NCBI RefSeq assembly: GCF_006345805.1
Contig: NC_043016.1
Location: 29,264,001 to 29,328,000 of the forward strand
Length of the DNA: 64,000 nucleotides
DNA from: Octopus sinensis
Lineage: Eukaryota
Reading direction: 5' to 3'
Part shown: in pieces, positions 28,026 through 42,467 of the stretch
Layout of the letters: the number at the start of each line of letters is the position of its first letter
How positions within the stretch are numbered: the first letter of the stretch is position 1
The notes under the pieces: generated by a model
The model's database searches: none
What the model was told of the DNA's origin: nothing
Seen by the model: the letters and a program-made list of their open reading frames with translations, nothing else
Position numbers and translations under genes: made by a program

Positions 28026-28260
28026 ATTCTGTTGTGTCTGGGGAGAGTCATTTTCTTTTTGTGCCTGATAATATAACACACTCATTGGTAAAATTTCCAC
28101 TTATTTCCTATTTTTATTTTCCTAAAATTTTTGTTGCGTCTTGTAACCTTTTCAATAGTTTTAAAGAAAATAAAAATAAGAAGTGGAAATTTTACCGATG
28201 AGTGTGTTATATTATAAGGCACAAAAAGAAAATGACTCTCCCCAGACACAACAGAAAATA
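28026..28260. repeat. Fold-back repeat (~95-bp arms)
   Basis: ttctgttgtgtctggggagagtcattttctttttgtgcct...aaaatttccactt pairs with aagtggaaatttt...aggcacaaaaagaaaatgactctccccagacacaacagaa. Confidence 0.85.
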
Positions 28261-29198
28261 CCAACATCATCATCATCAGTTAATGTCCACTTTTCTGTAT
28301 TTGCATGAATCAAACAGAATTTGTTGAGGCAGATTTTCTACAGCCAGATGCTCATTATCCACAGAAGACTGGAAACAAATTCACTTGTATGAACTGCATA
28401 CTAACACATGCACACACATGACTGCTATTTCTAAACAAGGGTTTTGAAACCCTCTCGGTTATAATTGCAACTTGTTCATAATCATAAACATTTTTCTTCT
28501 ATGTATTTTATGATAACGTGTTTGGCCACTGATATATTCATAAGGTGGCATGTGAAAAAACATTCGAGTGAGATCATTCCCAGTGCCACTGGACTGACTC
28601 CTGTGTAAGTGGCACGTAAAAGACACCCTTTGAACGTAGCCGCTGCCAGTACCATCTGACTGGCTCCTGTGCTGGGGGCACGTAAAAGCACCCACTACAC
28701 TCTCGGAGTGGTTGGCATTAGGAAGTGCATCCAGCTGTAGAAACTTTGCCAGATCAGATTGGAGTCTGGTGTAGCCATCTGGTTCGCCAATCCTTAGTCA
28801 AATCGTCCAACCCATGCTAGCATGGAAAGCAGACGTTAAACAATGATGATGATGAATTATTGCTATAATATATCCTCTGTAATGTATTATTACATTACTT
28901 TTTAATCATATATGCACACACACAGACACACACACACACAGAACTAAAAGGATACTTTCAGCAAAAATCCAAATATATCTCAATACAGACATCAATTCAT
29001 GAAATGAAGTATCTGTAGAATATTGAAAAATGGTAATTGTATAGAGTGGGCCAAAGAAGAAAAGGTGGTAGGTGATCTTAGAATGCGGAACCTCACCAAA
29101 GAGATGATAAAGAGTCACAACAAGTGGTGAAATGCTCTGACGAAGATCTACCCAACCCTTGCAAGCATGGAAAAATAGACATGATGATGATGATGGTG

Positions 29199-29230
<32 letters not shown>

Positions 29231-30006
29231 GTGCAAGTATCTGTGTCACGTGTGTGTATTGCAGCACAGCTAATAGCACAACTAATTTAAAAGTGAATTA
29301 GCCTAGATGTGACGAAGTTTGGCCTTTTACAAGTAAGTGGGACCACTAATACCATCATCCTAGAAGTATTTCATTAAGAATACATTACTATGTCTACCAT
29401 TCAGTGCCTCAACGAGGTCCTTTGAGAGTTTTCATTGTGTGAATAGCTATATGGTTCAGAAATTGACATCACCATCACCATGTCATGACTTAAGGTCAGA
29501 TTCCAGCGCTTGGTGCTTTTCTTCTAGCATAACATCAAGAGAACCCAAGCCTTGTCAGTGAAATGGAGAAAAAAGAAACCATTTCCAGGATGGTCAGGGT
29601 TGGTAAAAAGAAGCATCATCCACATTAGCACCACCCCCTGGTCCTTGGGTGCCAAGAGTCCATCCAGTTGTAAATATTCAGAATCCATCTGTGACCTAAA
29701 GAGGTTGTTGTGAGGTAGCCTGCAGCAACCACCCTCAACTTTTGATTTTTCCTTCCATTTTAACTCCATCCACCCCTACTAGTCTTGGAGACTCCACAGA
29801 AAAGTCATTGATGTTGCTGAATCCTAAATTCAGAAGGGGAAGAAAAATACGAGTTAAAGAGACAAAACACAGAAAATGGTTCTCTTGCTTTTTAAACTTC
29901 TACCTTAACCAGTCACCAAATACTAACAAGGAAACATCATATTTATTGCTTGACCTGTTAGAAATAGCAACAAATTCTCCCTTAAATCCTACCCTGCCAT
30001 CATACA

Positions 30007-30217
30007 TAAGGGGGTGTTGAAAAGTTCCTGGCTTTAAGAGTATCATGAAAGGCCTGGCTGGAAGCCTAACCTTTCAAGTTCTTTTACAGGAATTAGAAAA
30101 ACTGAAGACCTACTGCAATAAGTGTGTGAATCTGGGAGGGGAATATATTGAATAAAATCATAATCAATTGATCCTCCTGTATTTTCTTTTACCCAAAGCT
30201 AGGAACTTTTCAGCACC
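30007..30217 (+). mobile_element. Non-autonomous mariner deletion derivative
   Basis: TIRs gtgttgaaaagttcctggcttt / aaagctaggaacttttcagcac; internal remnant reads ELEKLKTYCNKCVNLGGEYIE*, a mariner transposase C-terminus. Confidence 0.8.
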
Positions 30218-31000
30218 AATGAAGGATACATTGGACTATGTAGCCTAGAGTATACTACACTGAGGAAGAACAAAAAACAAGATGGTTACAGCTGGGATAC
30301 CTTTGATAATGGGTCTGCTAAAGTGAGGTTGGATCAAGACTAAAGAACAGTAACCAAACATTTGCCCATGCAGCCAGTGGAATAATCTGATCATGAAATG
30401 ATCTAAGAGTGAATATTGGATCTACTTAACAGCCAGAATGATAGAACCACCAATCAAGAACCAATTGACCAATCAGTTCAGCCTGTGACACCAAACTGTC
30501 TGAGGACATTGTTGATGCGTGAAAAATCAAAACGGAGCAAATGCATTTGTGGGAATGTATGTGTTTTTAAGTATGTACACTTTTGTGTGTATGTATAAGT
30601 GTGAAAGAGACAGGTTTTGTATGTGTGTGTGGCTGGGGTACAATTACTTAATTATCTGTAGAAGTGACTGTGAACAATCAGATTGTGATACAAGTTCAGG
30701 CATCACATAAGTACAAATATTGATTCCTAAACACACTGAGACAAGGTTCCAAATGTTAGTCATGGTGGTGGTGGTGGGTGGTGGTAGTGGGTTGACCATT
30801 ATGTTCAGTCCCTCCTATCACCACCACCACCACCACCTCCAGTCCATGACTGGTATTTTTTATTTCATCAAATGTTGAAGAATAAAATGCAAAGTCCACC
30901 TTGGCTGAATCTGAACTCCAAGTTATAACTTGATACAGCAAAACCTTTTGTCCAATTCTTTAACAATTCTGAAACATTGGCAAATGATCATAGATCACCT

Positions 31001-31074
<74 letters not shown>

Positions 31075-31246
31075 CACTATGGAAAAGAAAAATGTGTTTC
31101 TTAATAATGACATATGAAATTGTTATATTTGAGAGGAGTTGTAGTTAATTAAAGCCTTTGAACACACCAGTTGTTGCTTGTCTATTTTTTTCTTCTATTG
31201 ACTAATCTAGTGTCCTCAACATTCTTGGTCTTGTGCCTATTCAGAA

Positions 31247-31282
<36 letters not shown>

Positions 31283-31602
31283 TCTTCTGGACCCTGTTTC
31301 TTTCAGAGTTCAAATGCCACTGAGGTTGACTTTTCCTTTCAGCCTTTTGGGACTGAAGTACCAATCAAGTATTGGAGTCGGTGGTCTCAACTAACCCCTA
31401 CCACTAAAATTTGAAAGAATTATCATGATTATTATTATTATTATTATTATTACCATAAAATTCAAATTCCACTGGGGTAAACGTTGCCTTTCATCCTTTC
31501 AGGGTCAATAAAATAAGTACCAGTTATGTACTGGGGTCAACGTAATTGACTTACCCCACTTCTCTGAACTTGCTGGCCCTGTGCCAAACTTTGAAACCAT
31601 TA

Positions 31603-31972
31603 TTATTACCTCCGTCTTAGTGAAAGCAGAGGTATTGTTTTCAGTCATGTTTGCTTGTTTGTCTGTGGACAAGATATATCTAGAACCACTGGATGGATTG
31701 AGATGAAACTTTCAAGGATGTTTAGCCTTGTGACTGACACAACCTGATTACATTTTGGGATTGATCAAGGACCAGACAAGGATTCTGGATTATTTTTCCG
31801 GTTTATTTTACTTAATTTTTGAGAGTGGTCGGGTTCATTTTTAGTATTCTCGTTTGTAAGAGCAGTCAAGTTTATTTCAGATATTCTCATTTTAAAAATC
31901 ATCTCTGGCTAATTGTTGAGAGGATGTTAGTGTTGCGTTGGGGGAGGTTTGTGCACTCTGAGTGCTCTTGCT
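31603..31972 (+). mobile_element. HINE-like element, second subfamily
   Basis: Starts ttattacctccgtcttagtgaaagcagaggtattgttttc; ends ttgggggaggtttgtgcactctgagtgctcttg; 3' half nearly colinear with 57675-57885. Confidence 0.75.
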
Positions 31973-34900
31973 ATTGTTACTATATAAGGTAGTTTGCTGG
32001 TGAAATTGTTAGCACACCAGGCAAAATATACTTGATGGCATTTCTTCTGTCTTTATGTTCTGAGGTCAAATTCTGCTAAGATCTACTTTGCCTTTCATCC
32101 TTTCAGGGTCAATAAATTAGGTACCAGTGAAACACTGGGGATCAATGTAATCAACTAGTCCTCTCCCCCCAAACTTCAGGCCTTGTGCCTTTATTAGAAA
32201 AGATTATTATTATTATTGATAAATTAAGTACCAATCAATACTGGGGTTGATGTAATCAACTATCCACCTCCCCACAAACTCCGGGCCTTGTGCCTATATT
32301 AGAAAGGATTATTATTATTATTCAGTCAATGTCTATTTGATGGAAGGATTGAACTAATGTATAGCACAAACATTTGATCACTATAAACAAATCATTTGTG
32401 TAAGTTGTTCAGTAAAAGCTGAACATTCATACATCATCTTTGATGGGAGAGGCCATTATTATTATTATTATAATAAAATGGTTGAATGGGTTAAAATCTA
32501 TTGTATGTCCTCAAATCATTTTTGTCATATTTTCTAATCCTACTACTTGTTCTTCCAGTGTTGGTAACATGAAGTAACAGTGAAGTACTAGTATTGATGT
32601 AATTTAATGTAATTAACTTTAATTAACTGTAATTTTGCTTACAAAATTCTTGGCCTTGCACTTCATGGTTCAAATCAATATTATTATTATCATTGTTATT
32701 TTCTAACAAACACTGTCAATTTGTTGAAGACTGTGTTTTTGAATTCACTTGCATTATATTCCTGACATCATTTATTAATTACATTCATTAATCTGCACAA
32801 AAAAAAAAGCTATTTTTTTTGTTTGTTTTGTTTTGTTTTAAGTGCCAGAATATGAAGATGATATTCCGAGTTAGAGGTATAATCTGTCTTAACTGAGAAA
32901 ATATTGATTTCAAGTTTTGGCACAAGTTCAGGAGAGGAGGGGGGCTAGTCTATTACATCAACCCCAACGCTTAACTGGTATTTTTTGTATCGACCTTGAA
33001 AGGATGAATGACAAAGTCAATCCTAGTGGCATTTGAACTCAAAATGTTAAAAAACAAGTGAAATGCTGCTAAGCATTTTGCCTGGCAGAGTAATGGTTCT
33101 GCCAGCTTGCCGCCTTCTGAATTGTGAAAATATTGCTCGCTGGAATTTCCCTCTCTCTCTTTCGGAGAGGCACTGAGCAGCTATACGCACACATACACAC
33201 ACACATGGCAGTAGCTCCCGCCTACCGAATTCAATCACAAAGCTTCGGTCGACTCGGGGCTATAGTGGAAGACACCTACCCAAAGTGCCACGCAGTGGGA
33301 CTGAACCCAAAACCATGTAGCTAGGAAGCAAGCTCCCTAACCACACAGCTATGCCCGCGCCTAGTTTAGAATATTCAAAGAGTGATATTGATATAAATAC
33401 ATTGAGTAGGACTGGTTAGGTATTACATAACTCCATGAAGTTGGATTGATTCATTGATGCAGCAGAAGGAAAGCAGAGCCAAGGGTCATACAATAAAGAT
33501 CATGCAGAAAAGTGGTAACGCAATTTTGAGTAGTAAAAGACAGGCAGCTGAGCCAAGGAATATGTAGTGTAAGCCATGTTGTGGAGAGCCATGAGTATAA
33601 CGTGTGGATGGAGGAGAGTCGTATGATAGAGGTGTGTTTTGTAGGCATAATCTGTTGCCCAGCTTAACATGACTATCACAACCACCATCATCGACAACAT
33701 CACCACTACCATCACCTCCTTCTACATCAGTCACTGCAACCCTCGCCCCCATCTATATCACTGCCGCCGCCATCACCTACATCACCATTGCCACCACCAC
33801 CACCACAACCCTACCACAACAACACCTTGCTAGCCCTTGGGTAATTTCCTGATAAAACCATTTGGGTGAGGTCTCTGTCAGTGGCTGAACCACTTCATAC
33901 TTCTGTTAACCCTCGAGTTGTGAAAATTATCACCCGCCTCTCCTTCATTGGTTTTAGGAGGAGCTAGAAAGATCATTAGAGAAAGGCCATCAGCAACTGA
34001 CTTTCTTCTATGATCAAATCATTTAAAAAATATAAACTGCCCACCCAGGGACACAGGTCTTTTATAGAGGCGCAATGGCCCAGTGGTTAGGGCAGCGGAC
34101 TCGCGGTCGTAGGATCGCGGGTTCGATTCCCAGACCGGGCGTTGTGAGTGTTTATTGAGCGAAAACACCTAAAGCTCCACGAGGCTCCGGCAGGGGCTGG
34201 TGGCAATCCCTGCTGTACTAATTTTCATATTACAGCAGTGGTGCCCCAGCATGGCCGCGGCCTTCGGGCTAAAACATTTTTTTAAAGGATGCATGACGTA
34301 ATGTGTGCATGCATGTACACATGCGTGTATGTGTGCACACATGCACATGAGTGGATAGGTATGTTTAATAGATAGTGATACATAAATACTAAAATACATA
34401 ATACAGCATACTTGTATGTTTCAACATACACTACAAGGCGATGAAAAAAATATATATTACGACTTGAAAACTTGAAGAAAGCAGAGGCACAATTTATTCA
34501 TAAAATAGAAGCAGAAAGAAAATACAACAAAAAAAAAACTATTTTAAAATGATACACACTCACACACACACACACGTTCTAAAAAGATACATATTTAAGC
34601 AGGTGAACAGGCATGAATACACGTACACATCATAAATATACATATGCATACACAACATATAGATACTATGTGGTTGCACACACACACTGACGCAACACAT
34701 ATTCAAATGCATCTGCACAGATACGCATCGCCGCATATATACATACAACGCAGTTTCACACACAAAGGAACGTGTATACATTAACACAATAGCACATACA
34801 CGTACAATGTAGCTACTCTCACATACCCATACATACACATATACACATCAACACATAGATACAAATACAGCTGCACACACACACAACACACACACACACA

Positions 34901-36329
34901 CGTCAAGTAGAGTTATTTGTGTTCTGATATTGATCTACCATCTGATGCCATAAAAAAAAAAAATGGAAATGGGAGAAGAGAAAATTGTTGGAATTAGGTT
35001 AACTATCGTATTATGGACGTTGCACTTAGATTAATAAACACTGCACTAGCTGAACAGAACACTAGAGAACTGAAGAGAAATGCAGAGCACTGCAAAATTC
35101 AGAGGGCTTCTTTTACAGACCAAATATTCTTTCTTGTTTCTTTCATTCCATGTGGCCTATTTTCCAAAGAAAACAGTAATCGTCAGTGAAGCATTTTAAA
35201 TGTTTGTTTCACTGCATAGATTAATTAGGACTTGGGGATTAAGTTAAACGCTAGACGAGACTGGCAGTGGTCTATGAAGGCAGAAATAAACACTACCACC
35301 CACATCACTAAGAAATAAACCTAAATGATGAATAATAATAATAATCCTTCCTACAATAGGCACAAGGCCTGAAATTTTAGGGGAGGGGACCAGTCGATTA
35401 CATCGACCCCAGTTTGTAACTTGTACTTTATCAGCCCCGAAAGGATGAGAGGCAAAGTTCAACCTCGGCAGAATATGAAAAAAAAAAATAACCTTTTCTA
35501 CTGTTGGCACAAAACCTGAAATTTTGAGGAAGGGGATAGTTGATTACATCAACCCCCAATATTCAACTGGTACTTGTTTTATCAACTCTGAAATGATGGA
35601 AGGCAAAGTCGACCTTGATGGCATTTGAACTTATAACAAAGACAGACAAAATGCTACAAAGCATTTTGCCCAGGGTGCTAACAATTCTGCCAGATCACAA
35701 TAATGAAAAGAACTCCAGATTTTGGCACAAGGCCATCAAGTTTGGGGAGAGAATGAGTCAATTACTGGTACATTTTTTATTCCCCCCCACCTCCCAAAGG
35801 ATGAAAGCCAAAGTTAATTTCAGCAGAATTTGAACTCAGAATGTCAGGACATATGAAACATCACTAATCCATTTTACCTGGCATGCTAACAATTCTGCCA
35901 GCTTGCTGCTTTAATAATAACAATCCTTTCTACAAAAACACAAGGCCTGAAATGTTGGGGGAGAAGACTGTGTTTTAAAGCAGTTTCAGCCCCACAGTGC
36001 TGTACCTTGGGCAAGTGCCTTCTGCTATAACCACAAGCTGACCAAAAACCTTGTGAACTTGTGAGTGTATTTGTTAGACAAAAACTGTGTAAAAGCCTAT
36101 TGTGTGTATGTGAGTGTTAATCTCCCCGGCTGTTTGGCAACTAGTGTTGGTTTGGTTATGTTCACTGGTTTCACTGATACTCATTTCATTGACCCCGAAA
36201 GTATGAATGGCAAAGTCAACCTCAGCAGAATTTGAACTCAGAACAGATCAAATGCTAAGCATTTTGCCCAGCATGCTGAGGATTCTACCAGCTTGCCACA
36301 ATAATAATAATTTTGTCTTGGAATAAAAG

Positions 36330-36858
36330 ATGGACTACAGCAAATATTCTACTCAATACCACAGATTTACTTGTCAGTTGTTTGACCTTAACCAGTTGAC
36401 CATGTCCCTTAGTGGCTGATGATATGTGCATCTCTGACCATGAGCAGGAGTAGTGGGGGTGCATCGTAGCCATGTGTTGAGAGGAAGTCTTTGGGGTTTG
36501 GATAATTCACCTTTGGAAACATGGGTGTTTCGCTCAACATGCCGGTGGCACGTAAAAAGCACCATCCGTGCGTGTCCGTTGCCAGCCTCGCCTGGCCCTC
36601 GTGCCGGTGGCACATAAAAAGCACCATCCGTTCGTGGCCGTTTGCCAGCTCTGTCTGGCACCTGTGCAGATGGCACGTAAAAAGCACCCACTACACTCAC
36701 GGAGTGGTTAGCATTAGGAAGGGCATCCAGCCGTAGAAACACTGCCAGATTTGACTGGGCCTGATGAAGCCTTCTGGCTTCACAGACCCCAGTAGAACCG
36801 TCCAACCCATGCTAGCATGGAAAACGGACGCTAAACGATGATGATGATGATGATGATC
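36330..36858 (+). mobile_element. SINE-like family D with RTE-type 3' tail and (ATG)n end
   Basis: gtggcacgtaaaaagcacc repeats, ggagtggttagcattaggaagggcatccagc, tail caacccatgctagcatggaaaacggacgctaaacg(atg)n shared with the RTE 3' ends here. Copies at 3170-4105(-), 5810-6255(+), 24220-24590(+), 28520-28855(+). Confidence 0.8.
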
Positions 36859-38265
36859 CTTAAACAACTCTTATTCAGGGACCTTTTGAGTGGGATAGGT
36901 TACTCGACCAGAAGAAAATTCTAACTGGGCCCCACCTGCAAGGTCATGTGCTGTTTATCTTGATATGAGATCACCATGTTGCACACATATGGTTGTGATG
37001 TATGTGCCTGGTGTACCCTTATCAGACAGGTAGTCATGATGGGTATACTGGGCTTCGTATATTTTACCCCAGTGTCACTTTGATGGCATGCACTGCTCTC
37101 TCACTCAGTAATAATAATAATGTGACCTACTTGGTAGATGTTCAAACTGTGCCCATTCCATATTTTATTCATGCATAGTGTATCTAGGACTACATTATCT
37201 AATGTATAGCACAGTAGTTAGTATTAGAGGTTACAGCTGTTGTTTAGCCTTAGGTTAGTCCTGACCTATAGATCAAAAAATTCCAATTGTGACCATCTCA
37301 TTTTATATTTAATATTTTTCTTATAAGGTGGGTGGATGTAATCTGATAGTGGTTTGGCTGCTATTACTAACAGGTCAAGTAAGTTGTAGAGGGGCCTTTA
37401 CTGGGCAGATTTTGTAGATTGAAATTTTTATGTCAACAAAGGTGGAGAAAAGTTTTTAAGAGTATAAATGCAAATATTTAACATGATAAAGTCTGAATCA
37501 CACACACACACACAGAATCTTCCAGTTAAATGACTCATATACAAGGTGCTAGGTGACCATAAAGTCAAGATACATGGGAAATATCTAATATTCTGGGATT
37601 TTTTTTTCTGTTGATTGAATAATAAGTTTGTGATTTTCACCTATCGGACGTTAAAGAGAGATGGTGATAATGTATCCAGACTTTATGGTCACTCTCTCTT
37701 TCTCTTTATATATATTTATTATGTATGTGTGTGTGAGAGTGAGCATATGTGTGTGCATTTAAATTGAGTTACAATGCCAGGTGGTAATAGTTAACTTTCG
37801 CTTGCAGTATTATCTATTCTCACAGAAAAAATTCATACATACCAGCAACTACCCACCTACACACTGCACACAAATGCACACACACACCCACACACAAAGC
37901 AATCTTGATATCAATAGGATAAAATGTAAAGTCTTCAGAATAAATTAACACTGTCATGAATGCAATACATGGACAACTCAAAGACTCAGTCTTCAACGAT
38001 TACAACAAAACTAATATAAAAAGGAGAAATTAGTTACCAAGCCTGAATAATTTAACTATAGCCCAATATTTATAGTTATTTATCTGTACAAGAATTTTTA
38101 TGATAAGAAAATAACTTCATGTTGTCTCTTGCTAATTTTTTTCCCCCCACGTGTATTTCAGTTGATAAGGTTGCAAACTGTCACAAATCTTGTCCATCTG
38201 TTATCATCTGGTACACACACACACTAACAAAGCAAGTTACAGGGAATTAGCCTGTGTGTGTTATA

Positions 38266-38321
<56 letters not shown>

Positions 38322-38491
38322 GAGAGAGGAGAGAGAGAGAGAGAGGCGTGGCTGTGTGGTAAGAAGCTTGCTTCCCAACCACATGGCTCAGGTTCAGTCC
38401 CACTGCTTGGCACATTGGGCAAGTGTCTTCTACTATAGCATTGGGCCAACCAAAGTCTTGTGGGTGGTTTTGGTAGACTGAAACTGAAATA

Positions 38492-38544
<53 letters not shown>

Positions 38545-39004
38545 GAGTGTGTGCGTGCATGCGTGTGCAATGATTTGATAAGCAGTGGTGAATTTCACAA
38601 TTCTGTAAATGTTTTTTTTTAAGCTTTAAGCTTATAAAAAAAAACATATACCTACATACATACATATATACATACATACATACATACACACACACACGCG
38701 TCTGTGTATGTATCTTTGTGTCTGTATCCCCCCCCCATCACTGCTTAACAACTGGTGTTGGTGTGTTTACATCCCTGTAACTTAGCAGTTCGGCAAGGAG
38801 ATTGATAAAATAAATACCAGGATTAGAAAAAAATAAAAGGCACTGGGGTCAAATCATTTGACTAAAAATTTTAGGTGTCCCAGCATGGCCACAGTCTAAT
38901 GACTGAATCAAATAAAAGATAAAAAATACATATATATAGATATAGATAGATAGATCACATAAAAGATAAAAGATATATATCATCATCATCATCATATATA
39001 TATA

Positions 39005-39254
39005 TATAGGGCTGGTGCATAATTATTGTGGCTTTTTTGCAGCAAATTTTATTCAACAAAAACTAACAATATTTAACAAAAATATCTTTAAATGATGGTC
39101 TGACCATCTGCCAAACAAATGGGAAGCAGTAATTGAAGTAGAAGGTGAATATGCTCTGGAATAATCATTTAAAGATGTTTTTGTTACACGTCATTGTTTT
39201 TGTTGAATAAAATTTGTTGTAAATAAGCTGCAATAGTTATGCACCAACCCAATA
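39005..39254 (+). mobile_element. Non-autonomous mariner element (MADE/Hsmar-like TIR)
   Basis: TIRs tatagggctggtgcataattattgtggctt / aagctgcaatagttatgcaccaacccaata in a TA context; internal HLPNKWEAVIEVEGEY, a mariner C-terminus. Confidence 0.8.
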
Positions 39255-40291
39255 TATACACACATACATAAATATCTATGTGTGTAAGTACGTATATGTG
39301 TATGGCATATGAGTGTATATATTTATATATTATGTCTGTACATAACTGATTAACATATTCTCTTATCTGAACAAAAATGGAATTCATTTCATATTTAGAT
39401 TCAGTCTTTAAAATGATGTTTTTAATGCAGAGCTTAAAATTTCACCTCACAAGTCAATGGTTTCAAGTTTAGTCCTACAGTAAGAAACTTTAAGCAAATG
39501 TCTTAATATTTTCGGTCAGAGAAGGCGATGAGTTGGCAGAATCTTTAGCATGTCAGTATTCATCCACCTTTACATTCAGAGTTCAAATTCCACCAAGGTT
39601 GACTTTATCTTTCAGAGTTGATAAAACAAGTGTCAGTTGAGCATCGGGGTGGGTGGTGGTATATGTAATCAACTTATTCCCTTCTCTTAAAATACTGGGC
39701 TTGTGCTAAATTTTGAAATCAATACTTTTGGTCAGAAGAGGCAGCAAGCTGACGGAATTATTAACATGCCTGGCTAAATGCTTCACAGCATTTTGTCTGT
39801 CATTATGTTCTAAGTTCAAATTCTGCTGCGGTCAACTTTACCTTTCATCCTTTCAGGGTCGATAAAATAATCACCAGTTAAGCACTGGGGTCAATGTAAT
39901 CAACTTCCCCACTTCCCCAAAGTTTCTGGTCTTGTGCTAAAATTTGAAATTAATATTTTTGGTCACTGCTCGATACCTTGTGTGGCTAAAACAAATATTA
40001 CAGGAGTAGGAACTAATCTTAGTACTACAGTTTTTTGTTTGTTCCTTCTCAAGCCACACCTGACTCATAAGAGCTGTTTTCCCGGTTTCCTTGGCGTATA
40101 GGTTCCTTAGACAGGATGCCGGCCCGTCACAGGTGAGCTGCAAGATGCAGGTGGAAAGAGTGAGAGAAAGTCGTGGCAAAAGAGTCAGCCATTACCTTCT
40201 GCCAGAGCTGCGTGGAGCTTAGGTGTTTCGCTCATAAACACACACATCGCCTGGTCTGAGATTCGAACCCACAATCCCTCGACTGCAAGTC

Positions 40292-40637
40292 CGCTGCTCT
40301 AACCACTAGGCCATGTGCCTCCACAGTACTACAGTGGTCACAGCTGTACACCTCTATAAGACTAATGAGTTGTTAAGTTAGTAACCAGGTCTGTAGAGTG
40401 AAGCCACAAAACCAGTGAGAAGAATTTGAAATTGTCGATCAACCGTGACTTGTCAATCAACCTTCGCTGCTCTAACCACTAGGCCATGTGCCTCCACAGT
40501 GCTACAGTGGTCACAGCTGTACACCACTATAAGACTAATGAGTTGTTAAGTTAGTAACCAGGTCTGTAGAGTGAAGCCACAAAACCAGTGAGAAGAATTT
40601 GAAATTGTCGATCAACCGTGACTTGTCAATCAACCTT
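40292..40637. repeat. 173-bp tandem duplication
   Basis: 40292-40464 and 40465-40637 differ at two positions; covers a SINE B head plus unique flank. Confidence 0.95.
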
Positions 40638-41017
40638 AGCTAGTGGTACCTGTAAATTTTTAATGACTAGTTACATTTCCAGTCGATGAATGGGTGTGAG
40701 TGTGTGTTCTGTGTTCCTTTGATGAATCATATACTCAGGTAAACTGGCTGTAAAAGTTTTTATTTATTTATTTACTTATTTATTTTATCAATTAGTCAGA
40801 GGAAGAAAATAAATGTCCTTGACTTTTGTAAAGACTTCTGAGGCTGTTAAAGCTACGCCAACATTGTTTACGTTCTGTCAGAATATTCTGTCTGAACTCG
40901 AAATAATGTGAAGGAATATTGAATATTGATTAATTATAATTGGCTGTTATTGTTCTCTGTAATAGTAATAATAGTAATAACATGCCTTACAAGAGATATA
41001 TCAAATAATAACAGCAG

Positions 41018-41644
41018 TACATAGCTGGCTTAGTTCTCTTTTTTTTTTTTGGTTGTCTTGGTAACAATGTGATAGCCTTTATCACTTCAGTTGCTATGGT
41101 AACCGTGTGATAAATAAAGTGGGTGGCAGAAAGAATGATAGAATGACATATGCAAAAAAACAAAAAGATTTTTTCTTTCTTTTTTGTTTGAGACAGCAGG
41201 AAAAAAATAAATCAAAGAATCTTTTTGTACATGTTATTCAGTACACCAATCCTTATTTGGATTAATTTATGCCATTGGTCAACTTGAATTACTTCTCTTA
41301 GTGTATTTTATTTATTTATATTTTTGAACAATATGACAGTATATTTGTCTTTAGTTGATGATCAGGTTTTAGAGAAAAATAAAACCTAGACTTCATTTAT
41401 GTTCAAGCAGTATCAGTTTTAAAATGATTTCATTGAAATTAACGACGCTAAACGATGATGATATATATGTGCAGGAGTGGCTGTGAGGTAAGTAGCTTGC
41501 TTACCAACCACATAGTTCCTGGCTCAGTCCCACTGTGTGATACATTGGGCAAGTGTCTTCTACTATAGCCTCGGGCCAACCAAAGCCTTGTGAGTGGATT
41601 TGGTAGATGGAAAATGGAAGAAGCCCGTTGTGTGTGTGTGTGTG

Positions 41645-41682
<38 letters not shown>

Positions 41683-42288
41683 ACGGGCTTCTTCCAGTTT
41701 CCATCTACCAAATCCACTCACAAGGCTTTGGTTGGCCCGAGGCTATAGTAGAAGACACTTGCCCAATGTATCACACAGTGGGACTGAGCCAGGAACTATG
41801 TGGTTGGTAAGCAAGCTACTTACCTCACAGCCACTCCTGCACATATATATCATCATCGTTTAGCGTCGTTAATTTCAATGAAATCATTTTAAAACTGATA
41901 CTGCTTGAATATAAATGAAGTCTAGGTTTTATTTTTCTCTAAAACCTGGTCAACTAAAGACAAATATACTGTCATATTGTTCAAAAATATATAAATAAAT
42001 AAAATACACTAAAAGAAGTAATTCAAGTTGACCAATGGCATAAATTAATTCAAATAAGGATTGGTGTACTGAATAACATGTACAAAAAGATTCTTTGATT
42101 TATTTTTTTCCTGCTGTCTCAAACAAAAAGGAAAAAAAAATCTTTTTGTTTTTTTGCATATGTCATTCTATCATTCTTTCTGCCACCCACTTTATTTATC
42201 ACACGGTTACCATAGCAACTGAAGTGATAAAGGCTATCACATTGTTACCAAGGCAACCAAAAAAAAAGAGAACTAAGCCAGCTATGTA
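41018..42288. repeat. ~1.27-kb near-perfect palindrome (two ~635-bp arms, no spacer)
   Basis: 41018-41650 is the reverse complement of 41651-42288; the centre is (TG)n(TA)6(CA)n; about a dozen small differences between arms; each arm contains the same SINE head. Confidence 0.97.
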
Positions 42289-42422
42289 TATATATATTCT
42301 CTATTTTCTCTCCTTGTTTCTTTCTGTGGAAGAGCTTAGGCTCAAAACATTAAAGACTTTTCCCTTAAACTAATACATCTGTTTGTTGCCTACACCACAT
42401 GTCTGTCTTTTTTGTGAATTCT

Positions 42423-42467
<45 letters not shown>

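Noticed and set aside
34067-34145. tRNA genes at SINE heads (also 8871, 43727, 44283)
   Set aside because: A/B boxes are present but the acceptor stem and 3' end are replaced by SINE body: tRNA-derived heads, not tRNA genes.
36761-36785. CTGATGAAGCC-TTCT-GGCTTC as a hammerhead
   Set aside because: No GAAA core downstream; related family-D copies read ctggtg here, so it is a chance match.
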